From a virus: DNA of 64,000 nt. The notes under the pieces were generated by a model, which saw only the letters and a program-made list of their open reading frames with translations, was not told where the DNA came from and ran no database searches. The position numbers were made by a program, and so were the translations under genes. This document shows, in pieces, positions 47,718 to 58,007 of the stretch. Every line of letters begins with the position of its first letter. The stretch's first letter is position 1. The stretch is from the IMG/VR virus record IMGVR_UViG_3300008110_010375; one strand, 5' to 3'.

Positions 47718-49616
47718 ATGCCATCGAGTTATACATTTACCGCCGGTCAGATCCTCACCGCTTCGGACTTAAACAATAAGTTCTCGCAGACGGCGATCGA
47801 CGCAGCCAACGTATCCACGGCGAACGCCGGCACCTTGGCCGAACCTAGGCTTCCATATCGCATGAACCAGAACGTGCGGACGACCGACAGCGTTCAGTTC
47901 GTCGACGGCGTCTTCACGGGCAACCTAACTATATCGGGCACCACCACCTACGTCAACACCAGCGTCCTTGACATCAAGGATAAGAACATCGTCTTGGCGA
48001 AGGGATCGGCTAACGGGTCACAGGCAAACACGGGCGGCTTCACGATCGAGGGCGCTAACGTCGTGTTCCAGTACGACAACTCGTCGAACAACATAACGCT
48101 GACCCACCTTCTCAGCATCGGCAACTCAACCGTAAACGCGATCTTTGGCTTCGACGACACCTCACTTTCCGGCGGCCAGTTCATAGGCAACGTCAACAAC
48201 TACTTCCAAGTCATCGCCACGAACTCAAACACCGGCGTCAACGCGTCCGGCGACTTCGTCGTGGCCGACGACCAAGGCGTTGGTAGCAACAGCTACGTTG
48301 ACATGGGCATCAACAGCACGCAGTGGGCCAACAACCTTTGGACCATCAACGGCCCATCTGACTCATACCTCTACTCGCACGGCGGCGCGCTGGCGATAGG
48401 TACGGCTGAGAACTACCACACGAACTTCTTCGCGAATGGTACTCTCGCCAACAACGAGGCCATGAGGATCGACTCAGGCGCGAACGTCAACATCGGCAAC
48501 ACGAAAGCAGGCGCGACCTCACTGACGATCGGTAACACGACCGTCAACGTGGTGATCAACTCATCCTCTTTCAACATAAACACGGTCTTCACCGCGAACT
48601 CGACCGTAGTCAACGCGGCCTCCTATCGCGTCAACACTCAGTTCATAGCGAACACGACCGGCGTCTTCTCGACCGGAACCGTCAACGCTAACGCCTTCAC
48701 GACGACGACCGTCACGATCAACACTTTGGCCATCTCGGTCGGCGCGAACGTCACGATCAACACCACCTCACAGGCGATCGGTAACTCGACGGTCTACGCG
48801 AACGTGATAGCGGGCGAGATAACACTGTCGTCGAACAGCACCAACTCAGCTCTCGTTAACTCAACGTTCTTCACCGGAACTTCAAACAACGCACTTTACC
48901 TCGCGAACACCGCCGCGGCTATCTACGTAAAGAACACCGACTCAAGGACTCTCTCCGGAAACTTAGCTTTCTCCGGTGCCAACGTCTACTACAGCGACGG
49001 TTTCTTCGTCGGAACTAAGCTCGTGGTCAACACCAGCACTTTCTTCGTCGGCAACTCGACTGTAAATACCGTGACCACTGAGGGTCAAATCTCGCTCTCA
49101 GGCCAGACGATCAACTCCACCGCATACACGGGTCTGTCCTACACCGCGAACAACTCCTCGTACCTTGACGGTGTCGCTGCATCCGGATACGTTAACACCA
49201 CCGGTGCTTACACGATCTCAGGCGTTCACACCCACACCGCAAACATAGTGTTCAGCAATGGCAACGTGATCATAGCGAACGGTGGATTCGGCACCAACAC
49301 ACAGGTTCTCATCTCAAACGGAACCTCGATGTACTGGGGAACGTTCTCCGCGAACGACGCAGTCTCGTTAAACGGTGTCAACGCCACTTCATACGTGGTC
49401 AACACAGACTCAAGGACCCTGTCCGGCAACTTGGTGTTCTCAGGAGCGAACGTCACCGTGTCGGGCAACATGAGGTTCCAAGACGGTTCGCAGCTCATCG
49501 CCAACGGATCCTTCGGATCGGCCGATCAAGTCCTGATCTCAAACGGTTCAAGCATGTATTGGGGTTCGGGCGGTGTCAAGGTCTACTACGCTAACGGAAC
49601 TCAGGCTTACCCATAA
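47718..49616 (+). CDS. Tail fibre-like protein, Asn/Thr/Ser-rich
   Basis: GNLTISGTTTYVN...IKDKNI motif; internal duplications. Confidence 0.65.
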   Translation: MPSSYTFTAGQILTASDLNNKFSQTAIDAANVSTANAGTLAEPRLPYRMNQNVRTTDSVQFVDGVFTGNLTISGTTTYVNTSVLDIKDKNIVLAKGSANGSQANTGGFTIEGANVVFQYDNSSNNITLTHLLSIGNSTVNAIFGFDDTSLSGGQFIGNVNNYFQVIATNSNTGVNASGDFVVADDQGVGSNSYVDMGINSTQWANNLWTINGPSDSYLYSHGGALAIGTAENYHTNFFANGTLANNEAMRIDSGANVNIGNTKAGATSLTIGNTTVNVVINSSSFNINTVFTANSTVVNAASYRVNTQFIANTTGVFSTGTVNANAFTTTTVTINTLAISVGANVTINTTSQAIGNSTVYANVIAGEITLSSNSTNSALVNSTFFTGTSNNALYLANTAAAIYVKNTDSRTLSGNLAFSGANVYYSDGFFVGTKLVVNTSTFFVGNSTVNTVTTEGQISLSGQTINSTAYTGLSYTANNSSYLDGVAASGYVNTTGAYTISGVHTHTANIVFSNGNVIIANGGFGTNTQVLISNGTSMYWGTFSANDAVSLNGVNATSYVVNTDSRTLSGNLVFSGANVTVSGNMRFQDGSQLIANGSFGSADQVLISNGSSMYWGSGGVKVYYANGTQAYP

Positions 49617-51415
49617 TGTCCAACATAACGACTAAGTTCTTCAGTGAAAAGATCGGTGAATCGATCAAGCGTGAGATAGCGAACGGCGTGTACTACTTCG
49701 CCATAGGTAGGTCTTCCCCTTGGCCGGATGAAAACAACCCGACGACTGCTTACGACACGACCGACGCGATCACCGACTTCTCTAGGCACGTGGTCGCCGG
49801 AAAGAGGCTGAAGAGCGAAGACGTTACGAACTTGATACCTAGGCACTTCTGGGGCAGCGGAAACACCTACGCGCAGTACGACGACACCGACGTCGACTTA
49901 TACGACAAGCAATTCTACGTCATCAACTCGTCGGAAGCTGTGTACAAGTGCTTGTTCAACAACTCAAACACCGCTTCAACGTCCGAGCCCACCTTAGTAC
50001 AGAACAACATATTCCAGACGGCCGACGGCTACATCTGGAAGTATATGTACACGATCAGCTCGTCGAACAACACGAAGTTCTCAACGGGTTCATACATTCC
50101 GGTCGAGCCCAACACTACTATCAGCACTGCGGCCGTCAACGGTGCGATCGACGTCATCTTCTTGACGAATCCCGGCGTCGGATACACGGGCTACATCACA
50201 GGTTCCATCGCGCAAGTGGTGTCGAACACCGTGTTCAAGCTTACTTCGACCTCGGCTTTGTCGGTCGACAACTTCTACTACAACTCATCGGCGTTCTACA
50301 TATTCAACGGAACCGGTGAGGGACAGCTCACCAACATATCGAACTACGTCGTCAATGGTTCCGGCTACTACGTCTACACCGAAGACGCCATCAACAGCCC
50401 AGCTCTCGACGCTACTTCGGAGTTTAGGATCGCTCCTCAGGTCAGGATAACCGGCGACGGCAGCGGCGCCAAAGCGGTCTGCACGGTCAATACGTCGACC
50501 GACGCTTTGATGGGAATCGACGTGATCAACGCCGGCAGCAACTACTCATTCGCCAATGTGCAGATCATAACGAACCCGTCTTATGGTTCAAACGCGACTG
50601 CACGGGCGGTGCTTCCTCCCTACGGTGGCCACGGCTACGACGCGCACGCTGAGCTCGGCTCGAAGCTTCTAGGCTTCTCGGTGTTCTTCAACAACAACGA
50701 AAGCGGCTCGATATCGACGGAAGTGACCGTTCGTCAAGGAGGTATAATCAGCTCGCCTCAGAAGTACTCTAAACCGGCCTACGCGAACATCGCCTTCAAC
50801 GCTTTGACCGCGGTATCGAACACCGACGACACGATCGCTTTCACCAACGCAAATACATACTTCAACTACGGCGATCGTGTGATCTACACCACAGACACCG
50901 GAAACAACGCGATCGGTGGCTTGGCGAACGGCACCCACTACTACATCTCATCGGCGAACTCAACGAAGGTCAAGCTGGCCGCCACCCTCGACGGCGCCTC
51001 GATAAACTTGACCTCAGGTTCATCTGAGACCGGTCACCGCCTGTACACGACGAACACCTTCTCAACGAACACCTTCAACGCGTTGACGACCCTTACGATC
51101 ACTACGGGTCTCAACACATTCACAAACAATGAGATCATCACCGGAGCGACATCGAACGCGACCGCGAGGGTCAACTACGCGAACTCAACCACCGCGAAGG
51201 TGGTTATGATAAGCGGCAGCTTCACGGCGAACAGCACCTCAGGTGAAACAATAGTCGGTGGAACTTCAGGTGTTTCGGCCACGATCTCAGCAAACGGTAT
51301 AAATAATCCAGACATAGAACGATTCTCATTCAGGGTCTTGCACCTTGACAACATTGAGTACATCCAGCGCTCAGACACCGAGAACGAGCAGGGTTATTTG
51401 ATAATAACGATTTAA
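49616..51415 (+). CDS. gp8: Baseplate wedge subunit (gp8)
   Basis: IGRSSPW, FYVINS..VYKCLFN, DGYIWKYMYT, PPYGGHG. Confidence 0.85.
   Translation: MSNITTKFFSEKIGESIKREIANGVYYFAIGRSSPWPDENNPTTAYDTTDAITDFSRHVVAGKRLKSEDVTNLIPRHFWGSGNTYAQYDDTDVDLYDKQFYVINSSEAVYKCLFNNSNTASTSEPTLVQNNIFQTADGYIWKYMYTISSSNNTKFSTGSYIPVEPNTTISTAAVNGAIDVIFLTNPGVGYTGYITGSIAQVVSNTVFKLTSTSALSVDNFYYNSSAFYIFNGTGEGQLTNISNYVVNGSGYYVYTEDAINSPALDATSEFRIAPQVRITGDGSGAKAVCTVNTSTDALMGIDVINAGSNYSFANVQIITNPSYGSNATARAVLPPYGGHGYDAHAELGSKLLGFSVFFNNNESGSISTEVTVRQGGIISSPQKYSKPAYANIAFNALTAVSNTDDTIAFTNANTYFNYGDRVIYTTDTGNNAIGGLANGTHYYISSANSTKVKLAATLDGASINLTSGSSETGHRLYTTNTFSTNTFNALTTLTITTGLNTFTNNEIITGATSNATARVNYANSTTAKVVMISGSFTANSTSGETIVGGTSGVSATISANGINNPDIERFSFRVLHLDNIEYIQRSDTENEQGYLIITI
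51298..51305 (+). promoter_or_regulatory. Late promoter TATAAATA
   Basis: Within the 3' end of gp8, upstream of 51425. Confidence 0.6.
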
Positions 51416-51424
51416 GGACCAACG

Positions 51425-54400
51425 ATGCCGACGCAGCTCAGCAACAACATCGCAACGACGATCAGCACGACATACCTCGATGACTTCAGCGAGTCGAAGA
51501 GGTACTATAAGATCTTGTTCAGACCGTCGACAGCGGTTCAGGCGCGCGAGCTCAACCAGATACAGTCGATGCTTCAGAACCAGATCTCGAGGCTCGGCGA
51601 CTACAGCTTCAAGGATGGATCGATCGTCGACGGCGTGGCGATCTCCTATAGGTCCAAGCTTCCATTCGTTCGTCTCAACGACACGTTCGTCTCCAACACC
51701 TCGCAGTCCGTGACTGTGTACGACAACGACTACCTGATCACCAACAGCTCGAACGGCACAATCGCCGTCAAAGCATACATCGCCTACTCGGCGCGCGGAT
51801 ACAAAGCCAACTATCCAGACACGAATCGCTGGTACCTCACCTACGTTCAGACCGGCAAGGACGGCTCGAACAACGACGTCAATGAGTTCCAGTCGGGCGA
51901 CACGCTCTACGTCTACAACACCACGCAGACGAAGTCAGCCGCTCTCGACGCAGGCAAGCTCATCGACACCATCACCGTGTTGACCACCAACGCGACGGTG
52001 AACGCCACCGGATACGGCTACGGCGTGACGGTTTCCGACGGCATCATCTACCAGAAGGGCTTCTTCTCGACGGTCAACACACAGACCGTGGTGGTTCGCG
52101 ACTACGACCAGAACGTCAACAACTACGTCGTCGGCTTTGAGACGACCGAGTCGATCGTCACCGAGAACCAAGACTCAACCCTTTACGACAACGCGATCGG
52201 TTCACCGAACTACAACGCTCCCGGCGCGCACCGCCTCAAGCTGACGCCGACCCTCGTCGCTAAGCTTAGGTCGACAGTATCAAACAACTTCTTCGCGATC
52301 GCCGAGTTTGAGAACTCAAACACCATCACCCAGAAAGCTTCATTGGACCCGTCCGCCCAGCTCATGGCGTCGATGGCCAAGAGGACCTACAACGAGTCGG
52401 GTGACTACGTCGTTCGTCCGTTCTTCCTCGACTCGGAAGCAGACGCGGCGAACACCTCGGCCTTCTACTACAAGCTTTCACCGGGTCTCGCTTACGTCAA
52501 GGGATATGAGGTCGAGAAGATCTCCGACGTCTACGTAAACGCTCCTCGCGCGGTAAACACCAACATTGAGAACAACATCGGCATCACCTGCAACATGGGC
52601 AACTACGTGATCGTCGACGAAGTCGAAGGTTTGTTCAACAACGAGACGCTCGCGGAAGTCACCCTCTACGACACCGCGCAGAACTCATTGTCGGATCGTG
52701 AGAACGCAAGCTCGTCACCTTCAGGCTCGATCGTAGGCTACGCGAACGTTCGCGGCATGCAGCACTACAGCGGCACCAAGGGTCTCTACACGACTCAGTA
52801 CGCCCTCTACATATTCAACATCCGCATGAGCTCAGGTAAGAGCTTCGCGAACGACGTCAAGAGCTTCTACTCGACCAACGGCGCGGGCTACGCGAAAGCC
52901 GACGCGGTCTTGGAATCCGGCGTCGCCGTTCTCAAGGACTCAACCCTCGCGGCCGCGGTGTTCCCAACCGGCTTCGATGCGGTTAAGACCCTCGTGGTCA
53001 ACGGCGCGGCGTCTTCAGACACCACGTTCAACTTCCGTCAGATCAGCTCAACCACGATGGCATCGAACGGATCGGCGATCTTCAATCTCGACACCGCGGC
53101 TTCGGGCGGAACCGAAAGGCTCGGCGTCTCGGTAGGCAACTACACGTCCGCGGCGATCCTCAACCAGTTCAACGTCGTGGCGGGAGCCGCAGCTTACTCG
53201 GCGAACATCGCGGGTTCGGTGTCCATCACTTCTGGCGACGCAAACGTGGTCGGCACCTCGACCACCTTCACCACTTCAATAGCGAACGGTGAGCTCATCA
53301 GGGTCGCCAACGCCACCGCGACTGTGTACTACCAAGTCAACCAAGTCTCGAACAACACGTTCATGAACTTGATCAGCATACCCGCGGCAACATACGCGAC
53401 GTACAACGTGGCCCACTACTATCCAGAAGGCCACCACTTCAACATCACTTCGGTCAACGCGATCGCGGGCGGAATCTCGTTCAACATCAACACGGGATTG
53501 ACATTAGCTTCGGGCTCGATGACGGTCTACGCCTCTTATCCGGTCAGCAAGTCGACCGCCGTCCAAGCAAAGAAGGACGCGAAGGAAGGCACTTGGGTCA
53601 AGATCGACTGCTCGAACAACGCGGCCACATCCGTTGGACCGTGGGACCTCGGCCTCGTCGACGTATACAACATCAAGAACATCTACGTCGGTACCACCTA
53701 CGCGAACACCAACCCTGAGCGCAAGCAGTGGTTCTCTCTCGACAACGGTCAGCGCGACGACCTATACGATCACGCTAAGATCTCGGTGAAGCCTCAGTAC
53801 GCCGCGAACATCACAGGTTCTACGAAGCTTCTCATCGAGCTCGATCACTTCGTCGCGAACACCTCGGCTGGTGTCGGCTTCTTCACAGTCGACTCATACC
53901 CGATCGACGACGCGAACACCGCGAACACCACGGCGATCACCACCGCTCAGATCCCAACGTTCCAGTCGAACAAGGGATACGTCGACCTTCGCAACGCGGT
54001 CGACTTCCGTCCGGTCAAGTACAACACGGCGACCGTGACGACGACCGTCGGTTCGGCCACGATCAACCCAGCGGTATCTAACACATCTTTCAACATCACC
54101 TCGACGAACCAATACATCGCGGAGCCGGACTCAACTTTCACCGGCGACTTCGAGTACTACCTCCCGCGCTGGGACGTGGTCACCATGGACGTTGCCGGCA
54201 AGGTGCTCGCTAAAGCCGGTCAGTCGGCAGTGATTCCTAAGGTTCCATACATCGAGAACGACGTCATGCCGATCGCGGAGGTGTTCGTTCCTCCGTATCC
54301 GTCGCTGAGCGTCAAAGAAGCTGAGACCTACGGGCGCAAAGACCTCTCGATGAGGATTTCGGTCAAGACCACCAAGCGCTACACGATGAAGGACCTCACG

Positions 54401-57187
54401 AGGTTCGACGATCGAATCAAGCGGCTTGAGTACTACGTCGTCCTCAACGCCCTCGAGCAGCAGGCGAAGGATATGAACATCCCGTCAGCAGCCGACCCAA
54501 CTCTCAACAGGTTTAAGAACGGCATCTTCGCGGATCCATTCAACTCGTTCAACAGCGCCGACGTCACAAACATCGAGTTCAAAGCCTCGATCGACGCCGA
54601 AGCGACCGTGCTTCGTCCGTTCTTCAACGCATATCCGGTCGACTTCAAGTACGACACCGCGAACTCGACCACCGTCATCAACGGCAGCACGGTCACCGTG
54701 CCATTCACACATGTCCAATACATTCGTCAGCCCTACGCGACGAAGTACAGGAACTGCACCGAGTCGGTCTGGCAGTGGAACGGTAAGGTCGACCTCTTCC
54801 CATCGTACGACTTCTATCGCGATGAGAAGCAGGCCAACAACATCAACGTCAACATCGACAACGCCACACCGTGGAAGGACTTCGCCAACTCTCCGTTCGG
54901 CACGAACTTCGGCGATTGGAGAACTACGGGCACCAGAACTTCGTCGAGCAGCACCAGCACCGGTCGCGGTGGAACGACCACCACGACTACGACGACCCAG
55001 ACCACTCAGCAGAGAACCGTGACCGATATAAAGGTCGATACGATCAACGAGAAGGTCGACCTCGGCAACTACGTCTCAGACTTCTCGATCAATCCATACC
55101 TTCGCAGCAGGATCGTTGCTTTCGTCGCAACCAACCTCAAGCCGAAGACCACGATGCACGTGTTCTTCGACGGTAAGAACGTCGATGCCTACTGCGCACC
55201 GGGAACTCTGAGCGGCGCGACGAATCCATCAGCCGGCAAGGAAGACTCAGTCGTTTCGCAGAACGGTGCTTATGGTTCCGCTTTAGTCAGCGACGGTGAC
55301 GGCAAACTCTACGGGTTGTTTAAGATCCCTGAAGGCATGTTCAGGACCGGCGATAGGGTTCTTAGGATAGTAAACGTCAGCGATCTTACTACAGGCGCTG
55401 ACGCCATCATCACTTCAGCCACCGGAACTTATTCGGGTCAAAACATCTCGGTCACCAAGCAGTCGACAACCCTGAACATCTCGCAGCCTAAGTTGTCGTT
55501 TTCGTCGAACACTCAGACAAACACTATCAGCACAAGCACGACTACAACCAGACAGAATCCTGACGGCCGTGATCGCGGCACTGATCCTATAGCTCAAACG
55601 TTCAAGATCAGTCGTCCGGAAGACGGATCTTCAGGCGTCTATATGTCGAAGATCGGCGTGTACTTCTACGCTAAGGACGACAACGCCAATAACGGAATCA
55701 CCGTTTACATAACTGAGACCGACAATGGGTATCCAGACACTTCGCTTATAGTAGGTGAAGGTCGTATCCTTTCTGGAAACGTCACCACAAGCTCAACAGG
55801 AACAGTTGAGACTCAAGTAACTCTTAATCAACCGGTGATGCTCACGGCAGATAAGGAATACGCCTTCGTCGTGATGCCTGACGGCAACTCACCTGAGTGG
55901 CTTATCTGGACGGCTGAGACCGGCGGTGTCGACGTCAACACCGGTGAGAATGTCTTCAGCAACCCATATTCAGGCATAATGTTCGTCTCGGCGAATATGT
56001 CGGCATGGACACCGCTTCAGAAGGAAGACATCAAGTTCAACATCTACCGCGCCTCGTTCTCGATCGGCACATACTACGCCTACTTCAACAACGAAGACGA
56101 CGAGTACATCACGACTTCAGGCTTCACCCGCGCGAACTCAGCGGTCGCCGTTGAGATCGGCGACTTGGTCTACAGCGCGAACTCAACCGGCGGACCAAAC
56201 ACCGCGGCGAACGCGGCCTTCGGTAGGGTCCAATACGTCGACGAGTCGAATGGTGTGATCTACATCGATGGTTCAACCAACGGTAAGTTCTACGCGGCAA
56301 ACAACATCAATGTCTACAGGACTCCGGATCCGGCGAACACGAGCTACATCACGAACACCTACCTGATCGCCAACGCGACGATCAGCACGGTCGACAACTT
56401 GCAGTACCAAGCCGTCGTTCCTAAGTTCGCCACGATCCAACCGATCCTAACCGACATCTTCTACGACTTCAAGGGAACCGACGGTTCATACGTCAAGGAC
56501 ACCTCGTACCAGAAAGTCGTCGGTGAGCTTGAGTATGAGTACTTAGATAAGTCTAGGTACGCTGTCAGTAAGTCCAACGAAGTCGCGAGCATGTCCAGCG
56601 CGAAGTCCTCTTCGTTCAGGATCGCGCTTGGAACTTCGACCTCATACGCATCTCCAGCGATCGGTCTCGGCCGCAAGTCTTCGCTGTTCGTGAAGAACAT
56701 CATCAACAACGACGCGACGAACGAGTACACACGCTACGGAAGCGCGAGCACGAAGTACGTGTCAAAGAGGGTTGTATTGGCCGACGGTCAAGAAGCCGAA
56801 GACCTCAAGGTCATGATCACCGCCTACAGGCCGGTCGACACCGACGTCAAGGTCTACGCTAAGTTCTGGAACGCGTCGGACCCTGAGACCTTCGACAGCA
56901 AGAACTGGACGCTCATGTCGTACCTCAACGACACCGACCTCGTCTACAGCAGCCCGACGGACAGGACGAACTTTTATGAGTATGAGTTCGGTGTACCCGC
57001 GACGACGACTTATACGAACGACGCCTACCTCGACGCGACGAACAGCAGCATCTTGACCTACGTCAACGCGGCAAGCTCTAAGTTCTCAAGCTACAAGATC
57101 TTTGCCGTCAAGATAGTTCTTCTATCATCGAACGCCGTCAGGATCCCGCTGATAAACGACATCAGGGCCGTGGCGCTTCAGGTATAA
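51425..57187 (+). CDS. Large virion structural protein (DUF4815/VrlC-like)
   Basis: YLDDF, ILFRP..AVQARELNQIQ, APGAHR, RTYNESGDY, KRYTMKD, RFKNGIFAD, DPIAQTF. Confidence 0.85.
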   Translation: MPTQLSNNIATTISTTYLDDFSESKRYYKILFRPSTAVQARELNQIQSMLQNQISRLGDYSFKDGSIVDGVAISYRSKLPFVRLNDTFVSNTSQSVTVYDNDYLITNSSNGTIAVKAYIAYSARGYKANYPDTNRWYLTYVQTGKDGSNNDVNEFQSGDTLYVYNTTQTKSAALDAGKLIDTITVLTTNATVNATGYGYGVTVSDGIIYQKGFFSTVNTQTVVVRDYDQNVNNYVVGFETTESIVTENQDSTLYDNAIGSPNYNAPGAHRLKLTPTLVAKLRSTVSNNFFAIAEFENSNTITQKASLDPSAQLMASMAKRTYNESGDYVVRPFFLDSEADAANTSAFYYKLSPGLAYVKGYEVEKISDVYVNAPRAVNTNIENNIGITCNMGNYVIVDEVEGLFNNETLAEVTLYDTAQNSLSDRENASSSPSGSIVGYANVRGMQHYSGTKGLYTTQYALYIFNIRMSSGKSFANDVKSFYSTNGAGYAKADAVLESGVAVLKDSTLAAAVFPTGFDAVKTLVVNGAASSDTTFNFRQISSTTMASNGSAIFNLDTAASGGTERLGVSVGNYTSAAILNQFNVVAGAAAYSANIAGSVSITSGDANVVGTSTTFTTSIANGELIRVANATATVYYQVNQVSNNTFMNLISIPAATYATYNVAHYYPEGHHFNITSVNAIAGGISFNINTGLTLASGSMTVYASYPVSKSTAVQAKKDAKEGTWVKIDCSNNAATSVGPWDLGLVDVYNIKNIYVGTTYANTNPERKQWFSLDNGQRDDLYDHAKISVKPQYAANITGSTKLLIELDHFVANTSAGVGFFTVDSYPIDDANTANTTAITTAQIPTFQSNKGYVDLRNAVDFRPVKYNTATVTTTVGSATINPAVSNTSFNITSTNQYIAEPDSTFTGDFEYYLPRWDVVTMDVAGKVLAKAGQSAVIPKVPYIENDVMPIAEVFVPPYPSLSVKEAETYGRKDLSMRISVKTTKRYTMKDLTRFDDRIKRLEYYVVLNALEQQAKDMNIPSAADPTLNRFKNGIFADPFNSFNSADVTNIEFKASIDAEATVLRPFFNAYPVDFKYDTANSTTVINGSTVTVPFTHVQYIRQPYATKYRNCTESVWQWNGKVDLFPSYDFYRDEKQANNINVNIDNATPWKDFANSPFGTNFGDWRTTGTRTSSSSTSTGRGGTTTTTTTTQTTQQRTVTDIKVDTINEKVDLGNYVSDFSINPYLRSRIVAFVATNLKPKTTMHVFFDGKNVDAYCAPGTLSGATNPSAGKEDSVVSQNGAYGSALVSDGDGKLYGLFKIPEGMFRTGDRVLRIVNVSDLTTGADAIITSATGTYSGQNISVTKQSTTLNISQPKLSFSSNTQTNTISTSTTTTRQNPDGRDRGTDPIAQTFKISRPEDGSSGVYMSKIGVYFYAKDDNANNGITVYITETDNGYPDTSLIVGEGRILSGNVTTSSTGTVETQVTLNQPVMLTADKEYAFVVMPDGNSPEWLIWTAETGGVDVNTGENVFSNPYSGIMFVSANMSAWTPLQKEDIKFNIYRASFSIGTYYAYFNNEDDEYITTSGFTRANSAVAVEIGDLVYSANSTGGPNTAANAAFGRVQYVDESNGVIYIDGSTNGKFYAANNINVYRTPDPANTSYITNTYLIANATISTVDNLQYQAVVPKFATIQPILTDIFYDFKGTDGSYVKDTSYQKVVGELEYEYLDKSRYAVSKSNEVASMSSAKSSSFRIALGTSTSYASPAIGLGRKSSLFVKNIINNDATNEYTRYGSASTKYVSKRVVLADGQEAEDLKVMITAYRPVDTDVKVYAKFWNASDPETFDSKNWTLMSYLNDTDLVYSSPTDRTNFYEYEFGVPATTTYTNDAYLDATNSSILTYVNAASSKFSSYKIFAVKIVLLSSNAVRIPLINDIRAVALQV

Positions 57188-57190
57188 ATA
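57183..57190 (+). promoter_or_regulatory. Late promoter TATAAATA
   Basis: Exact consensus at the head of the fibre/modification gene run. Confidence 0.6.
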
Positions 57191-57387
57191 TGAACAGCAA
57201 CGAAAGCTTAAAGAGATTAGGCTTCAATCCCGGCGCGGTGGTAAACACCGATGCCCTTGGTCTCAAGGCGTACCGCGAGGCTCGAGAGCGCGTCAGGCAG
57301 AGGAACAAAGACTTTGATCAGCTTAAGACCGACGTCGATGAACTTAAGTCTATGCTGAGTCAGATACTAGAGAAGTTGGACAAATGA
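57190..57387 (+). CDS. Small coiled-coil protein
   Basis: GAVVNTD...ELKSMLSQILEK. Confidence 0.65.
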   Translation: MNSNESLKRLGFNPGAVVNTDALGLKAYREARERVRQRNKDFDQLKTDVDELKSMLSQILEKLDK

Positions 57388-57998
57388 CGATAGCCATCGC
57401 AAACGTAGATACGACGACCGACTCATTCGGTCAATGGATCACGAAGACAAACGTCTTATCCGACGCGATGTCGAACAAAGTCGTGACGACCGATTCAAAC
57501 ACAGCGGTCGGTAACGCCGCGATCTCATCGGCTTTCTCGGCGAACGCCCTCTACGCGAACACGCTGTCCGGCGGCAACAACTCGGTTGCGGCTGCCCTGT
57601 CGGTCGCGACCAACACCTCATTCGCCGCGAACGTGGCCTTCAACGGATACAGGACAAACCTTGGTCTTGGCGCGAACGTATCGATCAACTCAGGCAACAG
57701 CACCTTCAGGGTCTTGACGGTCAATTCGGCGGCCTCGAACACGGTGGTCGCCACGAAGATCACGACCTCGGACCTCTCGGACGTAAACACGTCTTCGGTC
57801 GGCAACGGTCAGGTTCTGGTCTACAGCTCAGGCAACAGCTACTGGTACAACACCAACGCTGTGAACATAAATACATCTACGAACACAGTGACTTTCTCAG
57901 GAAACATCGTCGTGACGGGCATCCAATACTCGAACGGTCAGTCGTTCAGCTCATTGGTGGTCTACTACGCGAACGGTGTTCAAGCATTCCCAACGTAA
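57384..57998 (+). CDS. Short fibre-like virion protein
   Basis: DSFGQWITKTN N-terminus, DLSDV...GQVLVY repeat, shared C-terminal YYANG motif. Confidence 0.65.
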   Translation: MTIAIANVDTTTDSFGQWITKTNVLSDAMSNKVVTTDSNTAVGNAAISSAFSANALYANTLSGGNNSVAAALSVATNTSFAANVAFNGYRTNLGLGANVSINSGNSTFRVLTVNSAASNTVVATKITTSDLSDVNTSSVGNGQVLVYSSGNSYWYNTNAVNINTSTNTVTFSGNIVVTGIQYSNGQSFSSLVVYYANGVQAFPT

Positions 57999-58007
57999 GC
58001 GTAAGAC

